DNA of 64,000 bases from a virus. Below are positions 16,888 through 24,447 of this stretch, piece after piece (within the stretch, counting starts at the first letter, position 1; every line of letters begins with the position of its first letter). A model generated the notes under the pieces. The model did no database searches and had not been told where the DNA came from. It worked only from the letters and a program-made list of their open reading frames with translations. The position numbers were made by a program, and so were the translations under genes. The stretch covers positions 1 to 64,000 of the IMG/VR virus record IMGVR_UViG_3300037454_000146. The stretch is one strand, 5' to 3'.

Positions 16888-17433
16888 ATGTCTCTAAACA
16901 CAGCGGTGATATATCATAACAAAGGAGAGTCAGCAGACGAATGTTATACACCACACTATGCCGTTGATCCTCTGCTTGAATTTGTTCCCAAAGACAAGAT
17001 AATATGGTGTCCGTTTGATGAGGAGTGGAGTGCTTTTTATCAGACGTTCAAGCGGGGGGGGTATCAGGTAGTCAGAAGTTCACTTGCTGAAGGTCAGGAC
17101 TTCTTCAATTATGAACCAGAACGGTGGGACATAATGATAAGTAATCCGCCTTTTAGTAAGAAGGACGATGTATTGCAGAGAGCCTATGATCTTGGCAAGC
17201 CGTTCGCCCTGCTACTTCCTGCGAATAGCATACAGGGCAAGAAACGGTTTCAGATTTTTCGGAACGAAATTCAAATGTTGTGTTTTGATGTGCGGATCGA
17301 CTTTCATACTAATGGCAATATGCAGTCTCCCACTAAAGGCACACCGTTTGGTAGTGCATATTTCTGTCGAGACTTCCTTCCGAGCAAGTTAGAGATGCGA
17401 GAGCTGCACAAATACGAAAAATCACTAACGTAA
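16888..17433 (+). CDS. small DNA methyltransferase (NPPF catalytic motif, probably N6-adenine)
   Basis: ECYTP...IWCPFD...DIMISNPPFSKK...GKPFALLLP. Contains a G8 run at 17054-17061, in frame as given. Confidence 0.65.
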   Translation: MSLNTAVIYHNKGESADECYTPHYAVDPLLEFVPKDKIIWCPFDEEWSAFYQTFKRGGYQVVRSSLAEGQDFFNYEPERWDIMISNPPFSKKDDVLQRAYDLGKPFALLLPANSIQGKKRFQIFRNEIQMLCFDVRIDFHTNGNMQSPTKGTPFGSAYFCRDFLPSKLEMRELHKYEKSLT

Positions 17434-17497
17434 AATAGCCAAAAACAGGCTATAAAAACTGGATAAAATAAATCTTTTATGAGGTGGTGAGATATTA

Positions 17498-17938
17498 TTG
17501 CTGAGAATTAGACCATGTGATTTAAAGACAGCCAATGAGTTTGTAAAGAATTATCACAGGCATCATAAACCGACAGTTGGTCATAAGTTTAGCATATCTT
17601 GTTATGACGACGATAGATTGTGTGGTGTCGCAATATGTGGCAGACCTGTTTCAAGACATCTTGACAATGGACTCATATTAGAGGTAAACAGGCTGTGTAC
17701 AGACGGAACATATAATGCTTGTTCTAAATTATATAGTGCCTGTAAAAGAATTGCAAAAGAGATGGGTTACGACAAGATTATAACCTACATCTTAGAATCT
17801 GAAAACGGTGCGAGTTTAAAAGCAAGCGGATTTATATGTGAAGGTTCGGCGGGGGGGGGCAGTATGGACAGGCAAAAGAAGTGGCAGAGACAATGGCGTT
17901 CCCCAAGAGATGAAAACACGATGGAGTGTTACGTTTAA
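17498..17938 (+). CDS. XF1762-like (GNAT-fold-like) protein; C-terminus possibly frameshifted at a G9 run
   Basis: ANEFVKNYHRHHKPTVGHKFSI...GVAICGRPVSRHLDNGLILEVNRLCTDGTYNACSKLYSA matches my recollection of XF1762-family proteins. G9 run at 17851-17859. Confidence 0.55.
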   Translation: MLRIRPCDLKTANEFVKNYHRHHKPTVGHKFSISCYDDDRLCGVAICGRPVSRHLDNGLILEVNRLCTDGTYNACSKLYSACKRIAKEMGYDKIITYILESENGASLKASGFICEGSAGGGSMDRQKKWQRQWRSPRDENTMECYV

Positions 17939-17977
17939 TAAATAATAAAACGGTTCTTTTAAGAAGGGGGTGAAATA

Positions 17978-18286
17978 ATGTACGAAGGTTATACTTGCCC
18001 TATATGCGGTTATGATGACGTAGGTAGCGAAACTTACCGAGAAGAATTTGGCATTGTTGAAGAACATCTAAGATGTAGTCAGTGCAACTACTACTATGAA
18101 TATGCCTACGGTCATTATGTAGAATATTTTGCAGGGCATGAATTTGCTTGGAGTTATATGACTAAGGGCAATGAATGGGTTAATCTTATGAGAAAGATGA
18201 AACGTGCTCAGTTCATGGCAAGAAGAAATTGGCGTAAAGGATTGAGAGATAAATTCAAAGTGGCTTACGATGATATTGAGCCTTGA
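17978..18286 (+). CDS. zinc-ribbon protein
   Basis: CPICGYDD...CSQCNYYY. GGGGGTGA RBS. Confidence 0.5.
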   Translation: MYEGYTCPICGYDDVGSETYREEFGIVEEHLRCSQCNYYYEYAYGHYVEYFAGHEFAWSYMTKGNEWVNLMRKMKRAQFMARRNWRKGLRDKFKVAYDDIEP

Positions 18287-18312
18287 AACGGTTTTTATTA
18301 AGGAGGATTAAG

Positions 18313-18597
18313 ATGATTAAAGTTTTAAGAGACAATACAAAAGAAACCTATTACACAAAATGTAAGAATTGTAATAGTGAACTTGAATATGAATATTCAG
18401 ATGTTACCACTATAGAACTTTCTATGTCATATCACACTGACAAGAGAATACTCTGCCCTGTTTGTGGTAAAGACACGATGGCTGAACTCACCTCAAAAGA
18501 TGATTATAAAGACAGTCTGTTTTCATTTAAGCAAACTAATCCATTGACAGCAGCTATGAATTGCTGTACACCATTATGGAACTCGCCTAACGAGTAA
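18313..18597 (+). CDS. zinc-ribbon protein
   Basis: ATG 18313 after AAGGAGGA. CKNCNSELEYEY...CPVCGKD. Same architecture as ORF 21397. Confidence 0.5.
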   Translation: MIKVLRDNTKETYYTKCKNCNSELEYEYSDVTTIELSMSYHTDKRILCPVCGKDTMAELTSKDDYKDSLFSFKQTNPLTAAMNCCTPLWNSPNE

Positions 18598-18665
18598 CAT
18601 AGAACTTTACTTTTATGTGGCGACAGAGTAACAAATTAAAGATTCGTTTTAAGTGAGGTGAGTAA

Positions 18666-18917
18666 GTGGGAGTTATTTCTAAAAATATGTTAAATCGTTG
18701 GGAAGAATTTGACTTGCCATCAGAACAAGAACAACAGCCTATTAAGCAAGAATGTTGCTGCGTCGATTTGAACAGTCACAAATCATTCGATGTAATAAAA
18801 ATACTCGAATCATGGCAAGAAAAAATCAAAAGTGAAAATCCTGATTATTCTCAAAAGGAAGTTTCTGCTTATCTTGCAGGAATGATACGAGATATGGGAT
18901 TACAGAATGAACTTTAA
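18666..18917 (+). CDS. hypothetical protein
   Basis: GTG start after GAGGTGAG, 83 aa. Confidence 0.45.
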   Translation: MGVISKNMLNRWEEFDLPSEQEQQPIKQECCCVDLNSHKSFDVIKILESWQEKIKSENPDYSQKEVSAYLAGMIRDMGLQNEL

Positions 18918-18941
18918 ACCTGTGTTTTATGAGGTGAGTAA

Positions 18942-19025
18942 ATGATATTCAAAATAGTTGTTGTTGTGCTATTAATTATGATCAGCCTTCAACTTGATGA
19001 TATTACAAGGAACACAAGAAAATGA
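18942..19025 (+). CDS. small TM peptide (27 aa)
   Basis: MIFKIVVVVLLIMISLQLDDITRNTRK after GAGGTGAG. Below the track cutoff. Confidence 0.3.
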   Translation: MIFKIVVVVLLIMISLQLDDITRNTRK

Positions 19026-19101
19026 TAAATTTCTGCTTTTATGCCATAGAAGAAACATTTCATGGCGAAGTGGCATATGACCGAACAAGGAGAAAAAACA
19101 A

Positions 19102-19611
19102 ATGACTATTATTGAAATTATTGGAGTGACCATTATCGTTATTTGTGGCGTTTGTGCAGCATCGTCATTTTATCTTTCTATAAATTTGTACACATCTGAG
19201 TGTGACAAATATCGACTGAAAGAAGAATATAAAGGTGATGAGGCTGGATTAAAATTAGCTCTTGAAAAGGCTGAGAACAATAATAAAAAATCTGAAAACC
19301 TATGGAGAATTATGGGCGGTTTTATTTTAGCTGCTATTGTATCTTTGATGATAATGATGTTACTTGACAGGGCAGACAAGAGTTACGGCACAGAAGAATC
19401 GTATACAATTAGTGCGACAGTTCTTGGTAAAAGAGCTGAGATATCGGACGATGATACAAGATATTACATATCGCTTTCAAATGGAATTGAGTACAAGGTA
19501 AAAGGTCAGGACTATTCAATACTTGAAAAGGGTTATTCTGTAAATGTTGTATATCATGATGTCACTGGTTGTATAACTGGCGAACATTACAAGTGGAGCG
19601 ACATGGGATAA
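19102..19611 (+). CDS. membrane protein (two TM segments)
   Basis: Hydrophobic stretches IIEIIGVTIIVICGVCAASSFYL and GGFILAAIVSLMIMMLL. AAGGAGA RBS. Confidence 0.55.
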   Translation: MTIIEIIGVTIIVICGVCAASSFYLSINLYTSECDKYRLKEEYKGDEAGLKLALEKAENNNKKSENLWRIMGGFILAAIVSLMIMMLLDRADKSYGTEESYTISATVLGKRAEISDDDTRYYISLSNGIEYKVKGQDYSILEKGYSVNVVYHDVTGCITGEHYKWSDMG

Positions 19612-19620
19612 GGAGGGGGT

Positions 19621-19812
19621 ATGACTGACAAAACTAAGAAAGCCTTTAATAATGCCATTGCAAGTGCAGGAATGGAGGGCTTTGATTTTACAGATGAGCA
19701 GCTTGAAAGCCTTGCTGACCTAATAGAACAGGTGGAAGGTGGCACAATTACTTGGCGAGAAGCCATAGACTCTATCTTGCAGAAGTATAGGAGGAATGAT
19801 GAATGCTTATAA
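19621..19812 (+). CDS. VbhA-like antitoxin (Fic-inhibitory helix protein)
   Basis: NAIASAGMEGFDFTDEQ aligns with VbhA NALASQRLEGLEPDPQ and carries the [ST]xxxE[GN] inhibitory motif (S-AGM-E-G). 63 aa. Confidence 0.65.
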   Translation: MTDKTKKAFNNAIASAGMEGFDFTDEQLESLADLIEQVEGGTITWREAIDSILQKYRRNDECL

Positions 19813-20021
19813 GAGCTGAGAAGCCTATAACAAAAGAGCAGTACGCAAGATCACAGGTGCGCGGCGGTTATATCGACCCTGTTGATATGGGTATCATATT
19901 CAATGACGCAGAGAGATATGGTTACGGCATTTACGATGCAATAGGGTACGCTCGATATAATGACGAGACAAAAGAAACCGCGTATATCGTTTCGTATACA
20001 ACGAGTACGTGCTGCGATTAA
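19803..20021 (+). CDS. hypothetical protein
   Basis: 72-aa ORF overlapping the upstream stop, AGGAGGA RBS. No Fic motif. Confidence 0.45.
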   Translation: MLIRAEKPITKEQYARSQVRGGYIDPVDMGIIFNDAERYGYGIYDAIGYARYNDETKETAYIVSYTTSTCCD

Positions 20022-20031
20022 GGAGGATATT

Positions 20032-20295
20032 ATGGAACATATTGAAAAGTATATTGTTGAGAGACTGCGCCAGCTTGAAGCCGAAACAAAAGAACAGGCA
20101 GAAAAGATTGATAAACTTAATGACAAAATTGCTGAATTTGAGGAGATGCGTGAACTGCTACGCAAGAACACTACAGTAAAGTCTTTTTCAGACGGCAGAT
20201 GTTATATTGACTATTTATATAGTTCACGTCAAAACGAGATAAATATGCTCATTGACTTTTATGGCATAACAGCGGACTCGGAGGATGACGAATGA
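20032..20295 (+). CDS. hypothetical coiled-coil protein
   Basis: ATG 20032 (MEHIEKY) after AAGGAGGA. Confidence 0.5.
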   Translation: MEHIEKYIVERLRQLEAETKEQAEKIDKLNDKIAEFEEMRELLRKNTTVKSFSDGRCYIDYLYSSRQNEINMLIDFYGITADSEDDE

Positions 20296-21410
20296 ACGTT
20301 TATGCAGATAATGCGGCGTTTAAGCCATTAATCCCAGAAGTCAAGAAGTTTATACATGACTTCATTGAAACCGATTTCCGCAATCCGTCAGCTATTTACG
20401 GCGGCGGGCGAGCTACACGGCGGCTAATAGAACAGGCAAGAGAACAAGTCGCAAAGGCGATAGGTGCGGACGCAGAAGAAATCTACTTTACAAGCGGTGC
20501 AAGTGAAGCAATTAACTGGTTCTGCCATGCAGATAGACCAATATACACCACAACGATTGAGCACAAAGCCGCACTGAGAAACGCCAATAACTTCATACCC
20601 GTAAGCGATACAGGTAGAATTGATTTAGATGTTTTTCTGCGCCATTGTCCGAGATACGGCAAGGTTGTGGTAGGTTGGGTTAATAACGAAATAGGAGTTA
20701 TTCAGCCTATAAAAGAAATAGTTGACATATGTCACAAAAAGCACAGCAACATCTTGATTGATGCAACCCAAGCCATAGGACATATCCCAATAGACGTACA
20801 CGAACTCGGCGTTGACTTCCTTATAGGCTCTTTCGGCAAACTCGGCGGACTTACTGGTAGCGGCTTCCTCTATATGAGAAAGGGGATATGCCTTGAGCCG
20901 ATGATAAAGGGCGGCGGTCAGGAGCGTGGGCTTAGAGCTTCGACAGAAAACATCTTGGGAATCCTTGCGGGAGCTATGGCGATAAGTATAGCAACACAAG
21001 ATATTGATATAAAAATGTCTCAAATCTGCAAAAAGCGAGACAAGATTATATTAGAACTGCTTCAAATTCCCAAAAGCCATCTGAATGGCGATTTGGATAA
21101 CAGGGTTTGTGGCAATATCAATATAGCTTTCGAGGGTATAGAAGCAGAGAGTTTGGTATTACAACTTGACTTAAGGGGCGTACAGGTGTCCGCTGGATCG
21201 GCTTGCAACTCTGCAAGTATTGAGCCATCTCACGTATTAAAGGCGATAGGTCTGAGCGATGAGCTTGCAAGGGCTTCAATTCGCATAACGATAGATGAAA
21301 ACATTACAGACGAGCAAATTGATTATATGGTAAATACCATTAAGGATTGTGTGGCAAAGATGAGGCAGTCATCACCATTATGGAAGGAGATAACTAATGA
21401 GGATAATTGA
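20292..21410 (+). CDS. cysteine desulfurase (NifS/IscS-like class V aminotransferase)
   Basis: Class V fold length (372 aa), PLP-lysine region GSFGKLGG, catalytic loop VSAGSACNS. Confidence 0.75.
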   Translation: MNVYADNAAFKPLIPEVKKFIHDFIETDFRNPSAIYGGGRATRRLIEQAREQVAKAIGADAEEIYFTSGASEAINWFCHADRPIYTTTIEHKAALRNANNFIPVSDTGRIDLDVFLRHCPRYGKVVVGWVNNEIGVIQPIKEIVDICHKKHSNILIDATQAIGHIPIDVHELGVDFLIGSFGKLGGLTGSGFLYMRKGICLEPMIKGGGQERGLRASTENILGILAGAMAISIATQDIDIKMSQICKKRDKIILELLQIPKSHLNGDLDNRVCGNINIAFEGIEAESLVLQLDLRGVQVSAGSACNSASIEPSHVLKAIGLSDELARASIRITIDENITDEQIDYMVNTIKDCVAKMRQSSPLWKEITNEDN

Positions 21411-21831
21411 GAACAACTATCAGGATAAGGAACAGGAATATGAAATTACTTGCCCGCATTGTGAGTCAAAACTTGCTTACAAGTTTGATGATGTTATAAG
21501 CGACAGTTTTAACGACAATTGGATATACTGTCCAGTTTGTGATAAAGAGATTTCGATATACGATAGTGAAACGCCGACAATCGAGACTATACAATACCCC
21601 AAAAATTTCTATTCATTCGTAAACGCTGTACCCATAAAAGATGATGAGGTTAATAAATGGGTGAAGGAGTGCATGAACGACCTCGATAAAGATACTGATT
21701 TCTCTTGCAGGGCAAGTGGTGATACCATAGTTTTCGTCTATAAATCCGACGAGAGTTTACCAGCGGCTACGGTCATAGTGGCAAAGAAATATCAGGAGGC
21801 AGAAGTAAAAATATCTCCAAAAAATTTCTAA
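21397..21831 (+). CDS. zinc-ribbon protein
   Basis: CPHCESKLAYKF...CPVCDKE. Same layout as ORF 18313. Confidence 0.5.
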   Translation: MRIIENNYQDKEQEYEITCPHCESKLAYKFDDVISDSFNDNWIYCPVCDKEISIYDSETPTIETIQYPKNFYSFVNAVPIKDDEVNKWVKECMNDLDKDTDFSCRASGDTIVFVYKSDESLPAATVIVAKKYQEAEVKISPKNF

Positions 21832-21838
21832 AAAACAC

Positions 21839-21867
21839 TTGACAAAAGATAAAGTTAGTGATATAAT
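21839..21867 (+). promoter_or_regulatory. sigma-A type promoter P3 (TTGACA-17-TGaTATAAT) with a P1-like leader
   Basis: Consensus as in P1. The about 70-nt leader (21868-21940) is roughly three-quarters identical by eye to the P1 leader (4698-4750). Confidence 0.75.
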
Positions 21868-21940
21868 ATAATTACAAGGGATATTTTTATACCCTCACAC
21901 AGTACAAAGTTAGAAATAAGAAAGGAAAAGGTGATTCAAG

Positions 21941-22618
21941 ATGTCAAGAGCATCGTTTATCCGACGTTCCCTCGCGGGAACAGCATTAGTAGCAATTTCA
22001 CTCCTTACGATTTGCGGAATGGCTGCCGCTTCGCAAAGGAGCACAGACGCAGAAATTAGTCAGCCAACGACCACAACCGAGGTGACAAGTACAGAATGTA
22101 CTACAACTTTTATAGCGACATCTACTACTACCAGCTCAACAACATTGTTTATGACAACCGCAGAGACAACGACGGCATTGATGACAACAACGACCGAGAG
22201 GATTGTTTATCCGACTACTCCTGCGATTGAAGTTCAACCTTATATGGTTGAGCCGCAGACAGAAGCAGAGGTGCAGTCGGCGGGGGATTTGCCAATAAGC
22301 GAGCAAGACTATATCCTTATTGCAAATGTAATTTCTCACGAAGCGGGAAGTTCTTGGATAAGCACTTATAATAGGTCGCAGATAGTGGCGGCTATTATGA
22401 ATCGCGTATCTGATTCAAGATTTCCAAATACCGTTGACGGCGTTGTTCATCAACAAGGACAAATGTTTGACGTTCCGTATTACCGCGTAGACTATAGCGG
22501 AATAGGCTATGAACCGATAGACGAAGCCATTGAAATGTATTTTAGTGGCGAATACGACTATGGTTCAATAACGAGTTGGTGGGGTAACGGTGTAGAAAAT
22601 GTGTTCTATAGTGTATAA
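21941..22618 (+). CDS. secreted/membrane-anchored cell-wall hydrolase, SleB/CwlJ (Hydrolase_2) type
   Basis: N-terminal hydrophobic anchor, Thr-rich linker, then LIANVISHEAGSSW...VAAIMNRVSDSRFPNTVDGVVHQQGQMF, typical of SleB-family domains. Confidence 0.7.
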   Translation: MSRASFIRRSLAGTALVAISLLTICGMAAASQRSTDAEISQPTTTTEVTSTECTTTFIATSTTTSSTTLFMTTAETTTALMTTTTERIVYPTTPAIEVQPYMVEPQTEAEVQSAGDLPISEQDYILIANVISHEAGSSWISTYNRSQIVAAIMNRVSDSRFPNTVDGVVHQQGQMFDVPYYRVDYSGIGYEPIDEAIEMYFSGEYDYGSITSWWGNGVENVFYSV

Positions 22619-22838
22619 AGGAGAAGATCAATGTGTATGACAACGACAGTTAGTTACACAGCTCGGTGCTATGCCGAGCTGCACAAAAATACAGAAGAAA
22701 TGAACTGGCGAAACTCGTAACAGCCTGTATGGACTTGACAGATGACAGAGTTTGAAATGGCACAGGTGTTTGGCGGGAATCCCGATTACATAAAAGAAAT
22801 AGGTCGCAATAGCGATGGACAGGAATGGAGGCTATTAG

Positions 22839-23066
22839 ATGACAAAACGAGTTCTGATTGACGATATTAACAAAGTCAAGGAATTTGTAACACATGCGCT
22901 GAAGTGCCGTGGCGAGGTGGTTGCTGTTAGCGGCAAGTACAGAGTTGACGGACGTAGCATAATGGGCTTGCTTAGTTTGAATCTCTCTGAACCTATAGTG
23001 ATTGAATACGATGAAGAAGATGGCGAGTTGCTTAATGCGCTCGTGGGCAAGTTCTATGTGAGGTAA
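22839..23066 (+). CDS. HPr-fold protein lacking the His15 site (Crh-like)
   Basis: GKYRVDGRSIMGLLSLNLSEPIVIEYDEEDGELLNAL aligns with B. subtilis HPr [39 protein letters not shown]. The GIHARPA region is replaced by DDINKVKE. Confidence 0.6.
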   Translation: MTKRVLIDDINKVKEFVTHALKCRGEVVAVSGKYRVDGRSIMGLLSLNLSEPIVIEYDEEDGELLNALVGKFYVR

Positions 23067-23069
23067 GGT

Positions 23070-23597
23070 ATGAAGATAACGGTTTTAAGACACCCCACCG
23101 AAGAAGATTGGCTTGGTGTAAAACAGAGGGCATTGGTGACTGTTGGATTGAACGTTAAGAATCCGCCGACCGAGGAGTGGAAGAAGGCGATTTTGAAAGC
23201 AAGACATTCCCCGATAAGATACTTACAGTTCTCATTCTTATTAGAGGACATACCTAACTGGGTGGCAGTTCACTTAGTACGCCACGTTCATTCTCAGCCC
23301 TATGTCAAATCGCAGAGAAACGACAGACAGAGTGAATATGACAGGAACAAAGCTCCGCAGGACGCACCAGTAGCGATGATTTGGGACGTTAATGGAGAAG
23401 AATTAATGGTTATCGCCAACAAGAGACTGTGTAATCAAGCTGCGGAAGAAACGAGGGCGTGGGTGCGAGGAATATGCGATAAGGTGTTGGAGACAAATCC
23501 TGAGTTTGCAGAGTTTCTTGTCCCGATGTGTGTTTATACTGGCGAGTGCAAAGAGATGTACCCATGTGGAGAGAGGGGAGAAAATGATATTAGATAA
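23070..23597 (+). CDS. compact ThyX-like (flavin-dependent thymidylate synthase fold) protein
   Basis: HSPIRYLQFSFLLEDIPNWVAVHLVRHVHSQPYVKSQRN aligns with the ThyX core HETPFEH..FTF......P.FVARQ..RHR..S...SGRY. Only 175 aa; RHR is RHV. Confidence 0.55.
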   Translation: MKITVLRHPTEEDWLGVKQRALVTVGLNVKNPPTEEWKKAILKARHSPIRYLQFSFLLEDIPNWVAVHLVRHVHSQPYVKSQRNDRQSEYDRNKAPQDAPVAMIWDVNGEELMVIANKRLCNQAAEETRAWVRGICDKVLETNPEFAEFLVPMCVYTGECKEMYPCGERGENDIR

Positions 23598-24447
23598 TGA
23601 CTTTATTGAAAATGAAAAGAAAAAGTTTACAGACATAAAAGCCAAACCAAAGGAAGATTTCACGGGGATGAAATTTGGGAGATTAACAGTTATATGCAGA
23701 GCCAATGACTATCATTATTCTAATGGGCGTGATGTATCGGCAAAATGGCATTGTATATGCGATTGCGATGAACACAATTTGGTAGACGTAAAACATAGTC
23801 ACTTAAAAGATGGCACATCAAAATCATGTGGTTGTTGTAGGAGAGAATGTGGTATCAAAATGATTAAAAATGCACAAGAAGCCTGCAAAAAGCCACTAAA
23901 AGATAATCCGACATTAGAATTAAATCTTACAGATGACAAGCACGAGCCTTTCGGGAAGTTTCGTTGCGACAACGATGACTCTGTAGAAGTATATTTTTCT
24001 ATGAGTGATTTTGATACAATTAAAGATGTCTGTTGGCATATCGAACATACGCACAATGGATATGTTAGGGTTAGAGACAAAAAATCTCAATCAATGCATC
24101 AATTGTTTGGGATGAAAGACGCAGATCATATAAACCGCAATGCGTTAGACAATAGGCGAGAAAATTTAGACGATAAAGCAACAAGAATAGATCAATCCCA
24201 TAACCAAAAATTAAGAGCCGATAATACTTCTGGTGTTAAGGGCGTTGGTTATATAAAAAATTATCCTACCAAACCGTGGAAAGCAGAGTTAAAACATTAC
24301 GGTGAAAGGGTTTTGTTTTGTTATTACGAAACCAAACAAGAAGCAATAATCGCCAGACTCAATGCAGAAATGCAATACCTCGATGAAAGAGCGTGGCAAA
24401 AAGAACTTATGGTACAATACGGGTTAATACAGGAGGAGGGAGCTTAA
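23584..24447 (+). CDS. HNH homing endonuclease with AP2-type DNA-binding domain
   Basis: ATG 23584 after GGGGAG. ADHINRNALDNRRENL (HNH) followed by SGVKGVGY...KPWKAELKHYGERVLFCYYETKQEAIIARLNAE (AP2). Overlaps the ThyX-like stop by 14 nt. Confidence 0.7.
   Translation: MILDNDFIENEKKKFTDIKAKPKEDFTGMKFGRLTVICRANDYHYSNGRDVSAKWHCICDCDEHNLVDVKHSHLKDGTSKSCGCCRRECGIKMIKNAQEACKKPLKDNPTLELNLTDDKHEPFGKFRCDNDDSVEVYFSMSDFDTIKDVCWHIEHTHNGYVRVRDKKSQSMHQLFGMKDADHINRNALDNRRENLDDKATRIDQSHNQKLRADNTSGVKGVGYIKNYPTKPWKAELKHYGERVLFCYYETKQEAIIARLNAEMQYLDERAWQKELMVQYGLIQEEGA

Noticed and set aside
17168-17392. 74-aa ORF in an alternative frame inside the methyltransferase.
   Set aside because: Fully nested in a motif-supported CDS, with no RBS. 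It would require a frameshift downstream of the G8 tract and gives no recognisable product.
22659-22681. Hairpin CAGCTCGG-N7-CCGAGCTG after the SleB-like gene as a terminator; also small ORFs at 22631 and 22742 in the 220-nt gap.
   Set aside because: No U-tract on either side of the hairpin. The small ORFs lack RBSs, and one overlaps the well-supported HPr-like start. Left unannotated.
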